From the NCBI GenBank assembly GCA_044377415.1, contig JBILZC010000003.1:1788-65787 (forward strand): a stretch of 64,000 bases of DNA, written 5' to 3'. The position numbers and the translations under genes were made by a program. Source of the DNA: Terrimicrobiaceae bacterium (GTDB lineage Bacteria; Verrucomicrobiota; Verrucomicrobiia; Chthoniobacterales; Terrimicrobiaceae). Below the pieces are notes generated by a model, which did not search any database, had not been told where the DNA came from, and saw only the letters and a program-made list of their open reading frames with translations. Of the stretch, positions 45,203-55,600 are shown in pieces (position 1 is the stretch's first letter; every line of letters begins with the position of its first letter).

Positions 45203-46762
45203 TTAGGGCTGTCGGGTCTTGGATGCCTCGCTTTTAAATTTGGCAAGCGCCTCGGCAAAGTTGGTGTTTCCGATGGGAATCGATGTCTTTGAAGAGCCGA
45301 GGAGGATCAAGACGCGGTCGCCCTCAACCCCGACAGGCGCAAACTTCTTGCCTGGCACGAATTTGGCATTGCCGATTTTTTTGCCGCCACTGGTCAACGT
45401 GACGACAGTTGCCTTGGTCAACGTGATTTCAGGGGGCAATGTGATGGTCGGTGTTTTTTGGGGGGTGGCGGTCTCGGTCGGTTTGGCTGTCGGTTCGGGC
45501 TTGGCCGGTTGGGGGGCAGGCGTCACAGGTTCGATGGGCATGGCCGCGGCCGCTTTGATTTGAGCGTTTAGCTTCTCGATGTTGAGCTTGGTGGCCTCGA
45601 CCTCATTTGCATAAGTGTCTGCCTCCAGAGTTTTGATTTCCAATGCGCGTTTATTTTCTTCCAGTTTCGATTGCAGACTGGCTTCGTTGCGATCGGAAAT
45701 GTCTTTTTGGTCCGTCAACCGTGCAAATTCTGCGGAGTCATGGGAAATAACCAACTTCCTCCAACTGACCCACGGAGTGACGCAGAGCGCAGTGATTCCG
45801 AGAAGAAGCACAGCATAAATCCAAAAGTGTCGGCGCCATGCCGGTAGGGGGCGGTTGGCGGAGGTATGGATCGCTGTGGTATGTCGGAGGCGGCGTCCGA
45901 GCGTGGCCCCTAGACCAATCAAAAGAATGGCTCCGGAATCGGGGTGGTCGTTGAGGAAGGTCTCGAGACGATCGAGCGAGATGATCCAGTAGCTCACTGG
46001 GCTCATCGCCTCGATGGAGAAAGCAGCCGTCTGAGGTTCAAAAATTTCGCCTTCACCAATCCACTCGCCGGCTTCGATCGTGCCAAGGACTTTTTCTTTA
46101 CCATCCTCCTTGCGCCGCGTCTCCAGCGACCCCGAGAGGATGAAAATGAGCCCGCCATTGCTGGTGCCTTGGACAAGGAGCCTTTCGCCAGGGAGGGCTT
46201 GCTGGAATGAGCCCATCAAGCTTAGTAGCCCTCTGGCTTCGAGAGAGAGATGTTGGATCGGGCCGACGGCCGGCAGGCACTGCTTCGCCACTTTGGTGGT
46301 CGTTTCCAGAGGTGGTTCCTCGCTAGGGGGCCTGAATGCAGATACCATGATTTTCATCATGCCTTCGTCTTCATGTCCCTTGAGTTCCTTGAAGGTGATC
46401 GAGGAGCGGTAGGCATGGCCTCGGCGCTCGAGGTTGGCAGGTTCCTCGGGTTCTTGGGACGAGCTTGCCGGCGTGGCGAGTAGATCAACGGAGAAAACAT
46501 ACGGACCGAATCGGATTTCATCACCATGGGCGAGCACGCCCTCCGCAACACGTTCTCCATTCAGGAATGATCCATTCGTGGAGCCATTGTCTCGCAGAAT
46601 ATATCTCCCATCAACGAATGAAATGGAGGCGTGGTTTCTCGAAATCTCGGACGTGTCGATGTAGATCCCTGAATTCGGATCCCTGCCAATGAAAAGGATC
46701 GCATTTCCCAACGGAACAATGCGTGCACTTTCGCCTTCGTTTTTGCAGATTAATAAAGCCAT
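45203..46762 (-). CDS. FHA domain / cyclic-nucleotide-binding domain membrane protein
   Basis: FHA region: [46 protein letters not shown]. cNMP-binding-like region: [20 protein letters not shown]...[13 protein letters not shown]. One TM helix ([20 protein letters not shown]), then a coiled coil and a Pro-rich segment. Confidence 0.85.
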   Translation of the reverse strand: MALLICKNEGESARIVPLGNAILFIGRDPNSGIYIDTSEISRNHASISFVDGRYILRDNGSTNGSFLNGERVAEGVLAHGDEIRFGPYVFSVDLLATPASSSQEPEEPANLERRGHAYRSSITFKELKGHEDEGMMKIMVSAFRPPSEEPPLETTTKVAKQCLPAVGPIQHLSLEARGLLSLMGSFQQALPGERLLVQGTSNGGLIFILSGSLETRRKEDGKEKVLGTIEAGEWIGEGEIFEPQTAAFSIEAMSPVSYWIISLDRLETFLNDHPDSGAILLIGLGATLGRRLRHTTAIHTSANRPLPAWRRHFWIYAVLLLGITALCVTPWVSWRKLVISHDSAEFARLTDQKDISDRNEASLQSKLEENKRALEIKTLEADTYANEVEATKLNIEKLNAQIKAAAAMPIEPVTPAPQPAKPEPTAKPTETATPQKTPTITLPPEITLTKATVVTLTSGGKKIGNAKFVPGKKFAPVGVEGDRVLILLGSSKTSIPIGNTNFAEALAKFKSEASKTRQP

Positions 46763-47056
46763 GAAATTTTTATGTGCGGTTGCCTACATTTGGACCCTCA
46801 CGTCAATAGCGGATGGAGCGATAGATTCTCCCTACGCAAGACAAGGAAACTAAAAATCCCAAGAGCGATTAACAACCTCAAAATCCATGCAGTCGAACAA
46901 CAAGCCGCCCATAAAAGGGTGGGCTGCATAAAAAAAGCGTCTCGCGGATGGAGATTTTCTTCGCCAAGAAGCCCGCGCTTCCCGATATTTCGCAGCGGCA
47001 TGGGCCATCCCACGCCATCTATCTCACGAAGCTTTCTAACTCTTGATCCTACGAAA

Positions 47057-49849
47057 ATGACTGCATTTGCCCATCGCCACATCGGCCCTGACTCCAAAGA
47101 AATCCAAGCCATGTGCGAGGCCATCGGGGCCCGCTCGCTCGACGCACTCCTTCAGGAAACCGTGCCCGCCGCGATCCGTCTGCCCCGTGATCTCGATTTG
47201 CCCGAGGCCCTCTCGGAGGAAGCCGCGCTGGAGGAGCTCCGCTCTATCATGGCCGAAAACAAAGTCGCCACCTCCCACATTGGCATGGGGATTTACGGCA
47301 CGCACACCCCCACGGTCATCCGCCGCAACATTATGGAGAATCCGGGTTGGTATACGGCCTACACGCCCTACCAAGCCGAAATTGCCCAAGGTCGCCTCGA
47401 AGCGCTGCTGAATTTTCAAACAATGGTCTGCGATCTCACCGGAATGCAGATCTCGAATGCGTCGCTTCTCGACGAATCCACAGCCGCGGCCGAGGCCATG
47501 GCGCTTTGTCACGACATCAAGGGCGGGGATGCTATTTTCGTCGCTGATCACGTGCATCCACAGACCCTCGCCGTGCTGCAAACCCGCGCGGAACCGCTCG
47601 GCATCCGCATCCTCACAGGCCCTGCGGAGCAAGGTCCCACCGAGCCTGTCTTCGCGGCTCTTTTCCAATACCCCGGTACGGACGGATCGATTTGCGATCT
47701 CGAAAAAATCACCGCGCGCACCCACGCCTCCGGCGCGTTGGCCATTGTGGCTACGGATCTCTTGGCCGTCACCCTGCTGAAGCCGCCCGGCGAATGCGGA
47801 GCGGATGTCGTGATTGGTTCGAGCCAGCGGTTTGGTGTTGCGCCGGGATTCGGTGGACCCCATGCCGCATTCCTTGCCACGCGCGATGAACACAAGCGCC
47901 GCCTCCCAGGCCGTCTCGTGGGTGTTTCGAAGGACGCTGCCGGCAATCCCGCTCTGCGCCTCACGCTCCAGACCCGCGAGCAACACATCCGCCGCGATAA
48001 GGCGACGAGTAACATCTGCACCGCGCAGGTGCTTTTGGCCGTGATGGCCTCGATGTATGCCGTTTATCATGGCCCAGAAGGCTTGCGTGAAATCGCCACC
48101 CGCGTCCACCGCCACGCGACATTGCTTTCCGCCGCCTTGAAAAAAGCCGGCCACACCGTGCACCACGCTGCGTTTTTTGACACGATCAGCGTCACGCCAA
48201 AAAGTGAGGACGCCGCCGCACTCGCCACCCGCGCCTCGGCTCGTGGAATCAACCTCCGTTTGCTCAACGAAAAAACGCTCACCATTTCCCTCGACGAAAC
48301 GACCCGCGACATCACGGACCTCTTGGAAATCTTCGGCGCCTCGGCTATCGACGCGTCTTCCGAAGCCATTCCATCCGCGCTCAAGCGCACCTCGCCGTTC
48401 CTCACGCATCCGGTCTTCAATACCCACCACACCGAGACGGAGATGCTGCGTTACATCCGTCGCCTAGAGGCGAAGGACCTTTCTCTCACGACATCCATGA
48501 TCCCGCTGGGTTCCTGCACGATGAAGCTCAATGCGACGTCGGAAATGCTTCCCGTCTCGTGGGAGACCGTCGCCGGACTGCATCCGAGCGCTCCAGCTGA
48601 TCAAACACGCGGATACCAAAAAATGGCCCATCAACTGGAGGCTTGGCTCGCGGAGATCACCGGTTTCGCCGCTGTCTCGCTCCAGCCCAATGCCGGTTCG
48701 CAGGGAGAATATGCCGGACTCCTCGCCATCCGCGCCTACCACCATTCGCGCGGCGAGGCCCACCGCTCCGTCTGCCTCATCCCCACTTCCGCGCATGGAA
48801 CGAACCCCGCCAGCGCTGTGATGGTGGGAATGCAGGTTGTGCCCGTCGCCTGTGACGCCAACGGCAATATTGATCTCGCCGACCTCCGCGCCAAGGCCGA
48901 CCTCCACCGCGACAACCTAGCTGCCATCATGGTCACCTATCCCTCGACTCACGGTGTTTTCGAGGAAGGCATACGCGATATTTGCGATCTCATCCACGCC
49001 GCTGGTGGTCAGGTTTACATGGACGGTGCGAATATGAATGCGCAAGTCGGTCTCTGCCGCCCCGGCGATTTCGGAGCCGATGTTTGCCACCTGAATCTCC
49101 ACAAAACCTTCTGCATCCCGCATGGTGGCGGCGGCCCAGGCGTCGGCCCGATCGGCGTCGCTAAGCACCTCGCACCCTTCCTGCCCGGTGATCCGCTGAA
49201 AAAAGGCAACGCCGTCGGCCCTGTATCCCAATCAAACTTTGGCAGCGCCAGCATCCTCGTCATTTCCTGGATGTATATCGCCATGATGGGTCCGCGCGCC
49301 CTGCGTGACGCCACCGCCGTCTCGATCCTCAATGCCAACTACATGGCCGTTCGTCTCGGTCAGCATTTCCCGATTCTCTACAAAGGAAAATCCGGTCGCG
49401 TCGCCCACGAATGCATCCTCGATTTGCGTGAGTGGAAGCAACGTGCCGGCATCGAAGTCGAGGACGTCGCCAAGCGCCTCATGGATTTCGGATTCCACGC
49501 TCCCACGATGAGCTGGCCGGTCGCCGGCACCCTCATGGTCGAGCCGACCGAAAGCGAATCCCTCGCCGAGCTCGATCGTTTCTGCGACGCCATGCTCACC
49601 ATTCACGGGGAACTCACGGCCGTCGAATCCGGCAAGCTCGACCGCACGAATAACCCGCTGAAAAACGCCCCACACACGGCAGCCTGTGTGACGTCGGACG
49701 AGTGGACCCGCTCCTACCCGCGCAGCCAAGCCGCATGGCCTGCCCCATGGCTCCGTCAGCACAAATTCTGGCCCGCCGTCGCCCGCATCGACAACGTCCA
49801 CGGCGACCGCCACGTCTTCTGCAGCTGCCCACCGGTCGGGGAAAGCTAG
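47057..49849 (+). CDS. gcvP: Glycine dehydrogenase (decarboxylating), single-chain P protein
   Basis: Start set at the ATG at 47057 ([11 protein letters not shown]...), giving 930 aa. The 95-aa extension from 46772 is Arg/Ser/Pro-rich and would overlap the divergent promoter. The PLP region contains [18 protein letters not shown]. Confidence 0.95.
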   Translation: MTAFAHRHIGPDSKEIQAMCEAIGARSLDALLQETVPAAIRLPRDLDLPEALSEEAALEELRSIMAENKVATSHIGMGIYGTHTPTVIRRNIMENPGWYTAYTPYQAEIAQGRLEALLNFQTMVCDLTGMQISNASLLDESTAAAEAMALCHDIKGGDAIFVADHVHPQTLAVLQTRAEPLGIRILTGPAEQGPTEPVFAALFQYPGTDGSICDLEKITARTHASGALAIVATDLLAVTLLKPPGECGADVVIGSSQRFGVAPGFGGPHAAFLATRDEHKRRLPGRLVGVSKDAAGNPALRLTLQTREQHIRRDKATSNICTAQVLLAVMASMYAVYHGPEGLREIATRVHRHATLLSAALKKAGHTVHHAAFFDTISVTPKSEDAAALATRASARGINLRLLNEKTLTISLDETTRDITDLLEIFGASAIDASSEAIPSALKRTSPFLTHPVFNTHHTETEMLRYIRRLEAKDLSLTTSMIPLGSCTMKLNATSEMLPVSWETVAGLHPSAPADQTRGYQKMAHQLEAWLAEITGFAAVSLQPNAGSQGEYAGLLAIRAYHHSRGEAHRSVCLIPTSAHGTNPASAVMVGMQVVPVACDANGNIDLADLRAKADLHRDNLAAIMVTYPSTHGVFEEGIRDICDLIHAAGGQVYMDGANMNAQVGLCRPGDFGADVCHLNLHKTFCIPHGGGGPGVGPIGVAKHLAPFLPGDPLKKGNAVGPVSQSNFGSASILVISWMYIAMMGPRALRDATAVSILNANYMAVRLGQHFPILYKGKSGRVAHECILDLREWKQRAGIEVEDVAKRLMDFGFHAPTMSWPVAGTLMVEPTESESLAELDRFCDAMLTIHGELTAVESGKLDRTNNPLKNAPHTAACVTSDEWTRSYPRSQAAWPAPWLRQHKFWPAVARIDNVHGDRHVFCSCPPVGES

Positions 49850-49927
49850 AAAGTTGGGGGAGCGTAACTAAATAAGCCCTCCCATTTTGACGCCCTCAAC
49901 CACTTCCAGCTTTAAATCGTCACACAT

Positions 49928-50464
49928 ATGAAAACTTTGCGAAACGTACTCTTTATTAGCACCATCCTGTTTTCTGGTGGGTGTATTACGAGCATCCACA
50001 TTGTAAACTCGATAGATGCTTCGATTGAGCGCAAAGTCCAACCAGACTCAGGGCATTATGTTGTTACTCTTTGCTATGAAAATCAGAAACCCATCGAAAA
50101 GGTTTTGCGGTTTGAGAGATATTACGATGCCCAATGCAGCGTGAGAGGAAACTACTGGGCATGGCGCCAAGTTGGAAAACAAACAGATTACCAAAGCGAC
50201 AATTCGATCGAAATTAAAGATAAAAAACTTGGGGTAATTCAATTCCCCATTCCAAATGCAGAAACATTAAAAACCGAAAAGTGGCCGACCCAGCCTTTAC
50301 GCACCCTTTTAGTGAATCGCATTTCATATTTCTATGTTACATCCAAAGGAGGAAAACATATTTACAAGGCCGAAAGCATACATCCATCACTGAGAAAATT
50401 ATATAAATACGATGAGAATATCTCATTAACTTATTCTTTTGAAATTAAATTCAAGGCCGATTAA
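49928..50464 (+). CDS. Hypothetical lipoprotein (AT-rich islet)
   Basis: MKTLRNVLFISTILFSGGC has a lipobox-like signal. I recognised no other domain. Confidence 0.6.
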   Translation: MKTLRNVLFISTILFSGGCITSIHIVNSIDASIERKVQPDSGHYVVTLCYENQKPIEKVLRFERYYDAQCSVRGNYWAWRQVGKQTDYQSDNSIEIKDKKLGVIQFPIPNAETLKTEKWPTQPLRTLLVNRISYFYVTSKGGKHIYKAESIHPSLRKLYKYDENISLTYSFEIKFKAD

Positions 50465-50514
50465 ACAACCCAAAATACATGCACCCTTGTCTTCAGGTTG
50501 CTAGAATCCAACTC

Positions 50515-50847
50515 CTAATGGATATCAATCGCAAAATGGAAAAACGCCCCCACTGAAACAACTATAATTCTGACTCCGCAAAGAATCATTAGGAGAAAAG
50601 CCAACAGGAGGGCCTTTCTTTTTCCAGATAAAAAGAAGACAATACCAGCGGGGATGCCAGCTAAGCCAATCAGGATATTTCCTATTAATATTGACAGAAT
50701 CATTAACATGTGGGCGCCGTCGCTAGCGCGCCCTGGGTCATTGGCCATAATTCCACTCATCACGCATGCGAATCCTAGGCCAAACAATCCCGCAAGCCAC
50801 CCTAAGCGCAGATGGCTTTTTTTGAATAACTCAAGGGTACCACTCAT
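50515..50847 (-). CDS. Hypothetical small membrane protein (AT-rich islet)
   Basis: Three predicted TM helices. The ATG at 50847 avoids overlap with the upstream gene; the track start is 50892. Confidence 0.5.
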   Translation of the reverse strand: MSGTLELFKKSHLRLGWLAGLFGLGFACVMSGIMANDPGRASDGAHMLMILSILIGNILIGLAGIPAGIVFFLSGKRKALLLAFLLMILCGVRIIVVSVGAFFHFAIDIH

Positions 50848-50876
50848 GAAACCCAATCTGCACTTAACTTGGGCAC

Positions 50877-51977
50877 TCAGGACCTCTCCCAAGACGCGTT
50901 GTATTTTTCAAACTTCTGAAACATGACCATCAACTCATGACGCAAAACTCTCGGCATCGAATTAACATAGCACTTGAGAATGAGTATCTTATCGTGCCTA
51001 GCATAGATGCTTATTCCATTGCCTACAATGCTGGCAAGGCTTCCCCCTGCGTTTTCCTTCATTATTTTACGTGCCGAACGAATGGCTTCAGCACTCTTTT
51101 TGCTATGTTCAGTCTGCTGATTTGCAACGGCCTTTCTATACTCAAGAGTTTGCTGAGCGTTTAAAAATCGCAGCAACAAAGATTCCAGCTTCGGCCATTC
51201 CTCATCTAATAATTCATTATACGCGTCATTCCCTCCCCGTGTGTCTAATCGACCTGCTAATGTCTCTTGGGTTTGGCAAAATTTCATGACTGCTCGAAGA
51301 GATTCCAGCGACGCCACCATCTCCGGAGTGGGATCGGTCGAGTTCTGAATACACTCCAAGCTCACCGGCAAACTCAGCCAGTGGTTATATTCAGCTATTC
51401 GGCGCCTAGTTATCCAACTTAACCACTCGGCTTCTTTGACATTCGGGTTCAAAATAGCGAACCACTGAGCATTTTGATCACGGTAAACCATCCACGCTCG
51501 TTGGGCTTTTTTGAGTTCTTCGGCTTCAAAAAAATACGTCTCACTCTCCCCCTGTTCAATTGCAACCGGCAGAGCCAATCCCGAGTTCATCAAATGGAGC
51601 GATGATTTATATTTCTCATTCAATAATTGGTCCGCTTTCTCCAAACTCAAATCTTCTTCATCAGAATCATCTGGCACCCCATTGCTGCGCACAGATTCGA
51701 CGAGATTCTCATATTTGTGTCTTTCCTTTGCCATGCAGTCTTGCTGCTCACCGCCGGATAACAATCTTCCTTTCGGGCCATGCAAACCCTTAATTGTTAT
51801 CTCTGCTAGCGCTTTAAATGCCGCATCGGATCGCATGCAAAGATCCGACTCCGAGACAGATTGATTGGATACACCTAACTTATTCCTCGCACCACCTCCC
51901 TCTTCTTTTGGGGCCTCTGCCTTCGACTGGTTTGGCAAAACAAACAAACTGAAAACCCCCGCCATCGCTATATACAT
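50877..51977 (-). CDS. Secreted DUF1311 (LprI-like) domain protein (AT-rich islet)
   Basis: ATG at 51977, giving the signal peptide MYIAMAGVFSLFVLPNQSKA. ADQLLNEKYKSSL...ELKKAQRAWMVYRDQNAQW matches the DUF1311 pattern (lN..Y......Q.aWl.yRd). Confidence 0.65.
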   Translation of the reverse strand: MYIAMAGVFSLFVLPNQSKAEAPKEEGGGARNKLGVSNQSVSESDLCMRSDAAFKALAEITIKGLHGPKGRLLSGGEQQDCMAKERHKYENLVESVRSNGVPDDSDEEDLSLEKADQLLNEKYKSSLHLMNSGLALPVAIEQGESETYFFEAEELKKAQRAWMVYRDQNAQWFAILNPNVKEAEWLSWITRRRIAEYNHWLSLPVSLECIQNSTDPTPEMVASLESLRAVMKFCQTQETLAGRLDTRGGNDAYNELLDEEWPKLESLLLRFLNAQQTLEYRKAVANQQTEHSKKSAEAIRSARKIMKENAGGSLASIVGNGISIYARHDKILILKCYVNSMPRVLRHELMVMFQKFEKYNASWERS

Positions 51978-52141
51978 CTTATAGTTATATTTATCCCTAT
52001 TTAATTTAAAGGACACGCGCTTGTTTGGTGCTATAAGCTGCCTATTTAGCAATTTTACTCTACGCCAGATTTGCATGGGTTAAAGTGAAGCAAAGCCCTA
52101 AAGTGATGTCAAATCAGTCTAGACAGAACTGATACACTTGG

Positions 52142-53284
52142 AAACTAGGGGTCAGTGTGCATTTCCTTTCATTTTTGTGTTGAGGGATTTTGTTTGGAGT
52201 GATTAAACAAGAGGCATGGCACGAAGCATTCGATTGGAATATGAGGGGGCATTTTACCATGTGATGGCGCGAGGGAATCGTCGTTCGGCGATATTTGTGG
52301 ATGATCAGGATCGGCGTTTTTTTCTGAAATGCCTTGCTGAAGCGTGTGAAAAGACAGGCTGGGTGGTTCACGCTTGGGTGTTGATGGGAAACCATTATCA
52401 TCTTTTCATTCAAACCCCGGAGGCGAATCTGGTGGAAGGCATGAAGTGGCTGCAAAACACGGTGACAAGGCGTTTCAATGTGCGGCACCGCGAGTGGGGG
52501 CGGTTATTTGGAGATCGATACAAGGCGGTGGTCATCGAGGGTGATAGTCTCCATTATTACGAGACGCTATGGGATTACATTCACTTAAACCCGTGTCGCG
52601 CCGGATTGGTTGATGTCACGCAGGGGCAGAGTATTTTAGACTATCCGTGGAGCAGTCTGGCAAGTGGGTATGCATTGATGCCGCATCAGCGAGCGAAGTG
52701 GTTGGCGGCGGAGCAAGGGTTGGCGACCATGGGAGTGGAAGACACTGCGGAGGGACGAAAAAAAATGATCGAACGACTAGACAAGCGCGCCTCGGAAGAG
52801 CGCGAGCGTAGCGGATGGGTGACTCTGGATGCCGAAGCTGACAAGCGTGGGAGTCACCTGCGACGCGGTTGGTATTGGGGAAAGCAAGCGTTCGCCGAGA
52901 AAATAATGAAGCTGGGCGCGAAGGCACTCGGTCGAAAACGTCAAGCGCGGGGTTATGTGGCGAGCCCGGAGATGTTGGCGCATGGCGAAAAAAAAGCCGA
53001 GGAATTGCTGGCTCAGGGATTGCGGGTGGCGGGCCTCTCTCTCGAAGACTTGGCTGGATGCCGCTGCACGGAGCCGCGCAAGGTGCTGCTTGCAGCGTTG
53101 CTATGGAAAAAGACAACGGTATCGCAGGCCTGGATCGCCGATCATCTTGGGATGAAAAACGCGGCCAACGTCAGTCGAGTTATCCACCGCTTGGATCGAC
53201 CGGTCCTTGAAAAAAAGGTGTCAGAGGAGCTAGGGCAGTTTCTTAGTGAGCAAATGAAATAAAATGCACACTGACCCCTAGTTT
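52142..53284 (+). mobile_element. Second RayT/IS200-like HUH gene unit bounded by a 23-bp perfect inverted repeat
   Basis: AAACTAGGGGTCAGTGTGCATTT at 52142-52164 and its exact reverse complement at 53262-53284. The left arm is 51 nt before the ATG. The right arm overlaps the last base of the stop codon. Confidence 0.65.
52216..53262 (+). CDS. REP-associated tyrosine transposase-like (IS200/Y1 HUH) protein with C-terminal DnaA-C-like HTH
   Basis: YHVMARG, HUH motif GNHYHLFIQTP, DYIHLNPCRAGLV, and a C-terminal LLWKKTTVSQAWIADHLGMKNAANVSRVIHRL. By hand alignment, 65 of the first 107 residues are identical to the 39308..40267 product. Confidence 0.85.
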   Translation: MARSIRLEYEGAFYHVMARGNRRSAIFVDDQDRRFFLKCLAEACEKTGWVVHAWVLMGNHYHLFIQTPEANLVEGMKWLQNTVTRRFNVRHREWGRLFGDRYKAVVIEGDSLHYYETLWDYIHLNPCRAGLVDVTQGQSILDYPWSSLASGYALMPHQRAKWLAAEQGLATMGVEDTAEGRKKMIERLDKRASEERERSGWVTLDAEADKRGSHLRRGWYWGKQAFAEKIMKLGAKALGRKRQARGYVASPEMLAHGEKKAEELLAQGLRVAGLSLEDLAGCRCTEPRKVLLAALLWKKTTVSQAWIADHLGMKNAANVSRVIHRLDRPVLEKKVSEELGQFLSEQMK

Positions 53285-53308
53285 AATATGCGTCTGATTA
53301 TTAAAAGC

Positions 53309-53707
53309 TTACGGCTCCCAATTTTCAAGAATCAAGCCGTCCACCCGTTTGAACTCGTGTAAATTGCGCGTCACAAAAGTTAGCCCCAAAGCCAAGGCGT
53401 GGCCCGCGAGCATCAAATCATAAGGCCCAATCGAGCAACCTTTTGATTCCAAAATCGCGCGAACCTTTGCCGTGCTCATGGCTGCATCTGCATCGAAGGG
53501 TAAAATATGAAGAGGCGCCAGAAATTTGGAGAGTTTGCTCCGTTCGAGTTCAGGATTTCTGCATTTTTCAACGCCCGTGTTCAGTTCGTAAATGCTAACA
53601 ACGGAGATGCCAATATCATCCGGCGTGAGTGCAAAAAGGCGCTTGCGGACCGATTCACGGCCTCGCAGCGCAGCCACGCAGGCATTCGTGTCGAGCAGGT
53701 GTGTCAT
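53309..53707 (-). CDS. vapC: PIN-domain toxin VapC
   Basis: MTHLLDTNACVA (first acidic residue), SVVSIYEL, and a LAGHALALGLTFVTRNLHEF C-terminal PIN pattern. Confidence 0.9.
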   Translation of the reverse strand: MTHLLDTNACVAALRGRESVRKRLFALTPDDIGISVVSIYELNTGVEKCRNPELERSKLSKFLAPLHILPFDADAAMSTAKVRAILESKGCSIGPYDLMLAGHALALGLTFVTRNLHEFKRVDGLILENWEP

Positions 53708-53710
53708 TTA

Positions 53711-53941
53711 TTAGCCCAGGACCGGTGCCTCGGGCAGAGACCCTTGAGTTTGTCTGGAAAAAGCGGCGTCCGTGATTTGGATTTCATCGAAATAACCCGC
53801 CGGCCATTCCGTCTCTTTAATAGGTTCGAGTAGAATGCCGTCACCGAAGGAGCGAATTTTCGCTAGGCGACCGGGGAGTCGGAATTCTTTTGGCAATCGC
53901 ACAGCCTGCGACCTGCCATTCATAAAAATCGTCGTTGTCAT
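53711..53941 (-). CDS. vapB: AbrB/SpoVT-type antitoxin VapB
   Basis: TTIFMNGRSQAVRLPKEFRLPG is the AbrB-fold swapped hairpin motif. It lies 3 nt upstream of vapC. Confidence 0.85.
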   Translation of the reverse strand: MTTTIFMNGRSQAVRLPKEFRLPGRLAKIRSFGDGILLEPIKETEWPAGYFDEIQITDAAFSRQTQGSLPEAPVLG

Positions 53942-54120
53942 ATCTCATATATATCATTTGCCAAATGAAAAATCCAATGCTTTTCGACTGCCTCCCCGCC
54001 GCAAATGGAAGGAAATAGTGTCAGTGTGAGCCCTGCCCCCCAGTTCATCAAAAAAACTTAGCACCCTCTCGTGATAATACCTCCTCATTGGGAAGAAGTA
54101 GGAGTATATGTAGTGGATTG

Positions 54121-55311
54121 ATGAATACTTTTGCTGAATTCGGCCTGCTGCCCACCTTACAGGAAACTTTGCTGGAAAAGCGAATCTTGCGTCCGACGGA
54201 GATTCAAGTTCGGGCGTTACCAGTGCTTTTGAGCGGACGCTCGATCGTTGGCATTGCAGAGACTGGGAGCGGAAAGACGCTGGCGTATGCGCTACCGGCG
54301 ATGCACCATATTAAGAGTCTGGAAATCGCTGGTGATGCGATCACGCTTTCGGCTCGGCCAAGGGCTGTCGTGGTTGTTCCAACTCGGGAACTCGGTGAAC
54401 AGGTGACGAAGGCCTTCAAGCCATTCACTCACACGACACGTCTCCGCGTTCGATCGGTGCTGGGCGGCACCACAACGGAAGTTGCGAAGCGGGGACTTGC
54501 TGGGCCGTTTGAGATTCTCGTCGCAACACCGGGACGGCTTGTGCAAATGCTCGAGAGGCGGCTTGTGGATTTGGACGATGTGCGAATGCTGATCCTCGAC
54601 GAAGCCGACCAGATGCTCGATCACGGATTCATGCCAGATGTCACTCGGATCATTCAGGCATCCTCCCAAAAGCGTCAACTCGCCTTATTCTCAGCGACCA
54701 TCTCACCAGCGGTGGAAAAACTCATTGCGGATTTATTTTCTGGCGCCGAGGTGATTCGGAGCGCGGGGAGCCATCGCGTCGTTCCGACACTCACGACCCT
54801 GCAGCAACTCGTCATTGATGGTAAGAGGTTCCCGCTGCTGGAGCGTTTGCTCAAAAAGAAAGTGGAGGGCGGAACGATCCTGTTTACGAACACGAGAGAG
54901 CAATGCGACAAGCTCGCCGCCGACCTCGCTGCCGCGAACATGGCTTTTGTGATTTATCGTGGAGAAATGGATAAAGTGCAGCGTCGGCAGAATCTGAAAC
55001 TGTTTCGCGAGGGGGTGGTGGATCTCCTTGTTTCGACGGATCTGGCCTCGCGCGGGCTGGATGTCGACCATGTCGGGCGAGTGATCAACTATCATTTGCC
55101 TCAGCAGATCGAAAATTACCTGCATCGGGTCGGACGCACCGCCCGCGCGGGCCGTCCGGGGCTTGTGGTGAACTTCGTCACCGAGCGAGACGCCCCACTG
55201 GCGAGCCAACTTGAAAGCATCCGCGCTCTGCCGACGCCACAAACTCCCCCGCCTCGCCAGAGCCCAACCAAGAGCCAACCGCTCCGAAACCGGACCCGTA
55301 GGCGTTTGTAA
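54121..55311 (+). CDS. DEAD-box ATP-dependent RNA helicase
   Basis: Q-motif region FAEFGL...PTEIQ, AETGSGKT, DEAD, SAT and HRVGRTARAG. The ATG at 54121 is preferred to the TTG at 54088. Confidence 0.92.
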   Translation: MNTFAEFGLLPTLQETLLEKRILRPTEIQVRALPVLLSGRSIVGIAETGSGKTLAYALPAMHHIKSLEIAGDAITLSARPRAVVVVPTRELGEQVTKAFKPFTHTTRLRVRSVLGGTTTEVAKRGLAGPFEILVATPGRLVQMLERRLVDLDDVRMLILDEADQMLDHGFMPDVTRIIQASSQKRQLALFSATISPAVEKLIADLFSGAEVIRSAGSHRVVPTLTTLQQLVIDGKRFPLLERLLKKKVEGGTILFTNTREQCDKLAADLAAANMAFVIYRGEMDKVQRRQNLKLFREGVVDLLVSTDLASRGLDVDHVGRVINYHLPQQIENYLHRVGRTARAGRPGLVVNFVTERDAPLASQLESIRALPTPQTPPPRQSPTKSQPLRNRTRRRL

Positions 55312-55339
55312 TAGCCATAGAAAGCAGGCGTAAATTACT

Positions 55340-55359
55340 AATCCCGAAAACGGATTTTT
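55340..55359 (+). terminator. Weak terminator-like hairpin after the helicase gene
   Basis: AAUCC-CGAAAAC-GGAUU followed by UUU. The stem is only 5 bp. Confidence 0.3.
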
Positions 55360-55600
55360 AGTCAGGATGACAGATTCGAAGCGGAGCAAACAAAGACCGC
55401 CAAAGGCAGCCAAAAAAGTGAACGCGGTGAATCAATTAAAAGGATTCACAGTGAGCTAAAAGGGCATTAATTATTTTATTAAATGGAGCCAGTGTGGCGC
55501 GTGGTCTCCACATCTTAAGCGTCGAAAGGAGTCCCCCTAGCCGAGTTTGGAACGATTTAGTTGAGGTGCCGTGTGATATTCGCTACATGTTATATTTGTA

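Noticed and set aside
46772-47056. 95-aa N-terminal extension of gcvP suggested by the ORF track
   Set aside because: The extension is basic and Ser/Pro-rich and covers the divergent promoter region. The conserved GcvP N-terminus ([11 protein letters not shown]) begins at the ATG at 47057.
54015-54040. Possible third copy of the RayT-associated repeat (GTCAGTGTG at about 54021)
   Set aside because: Only a 9-nt match to one arm of the second unit. It lacks the GGGG prefix and any partner arm. A match of this length is expected by chance in a window of this size.
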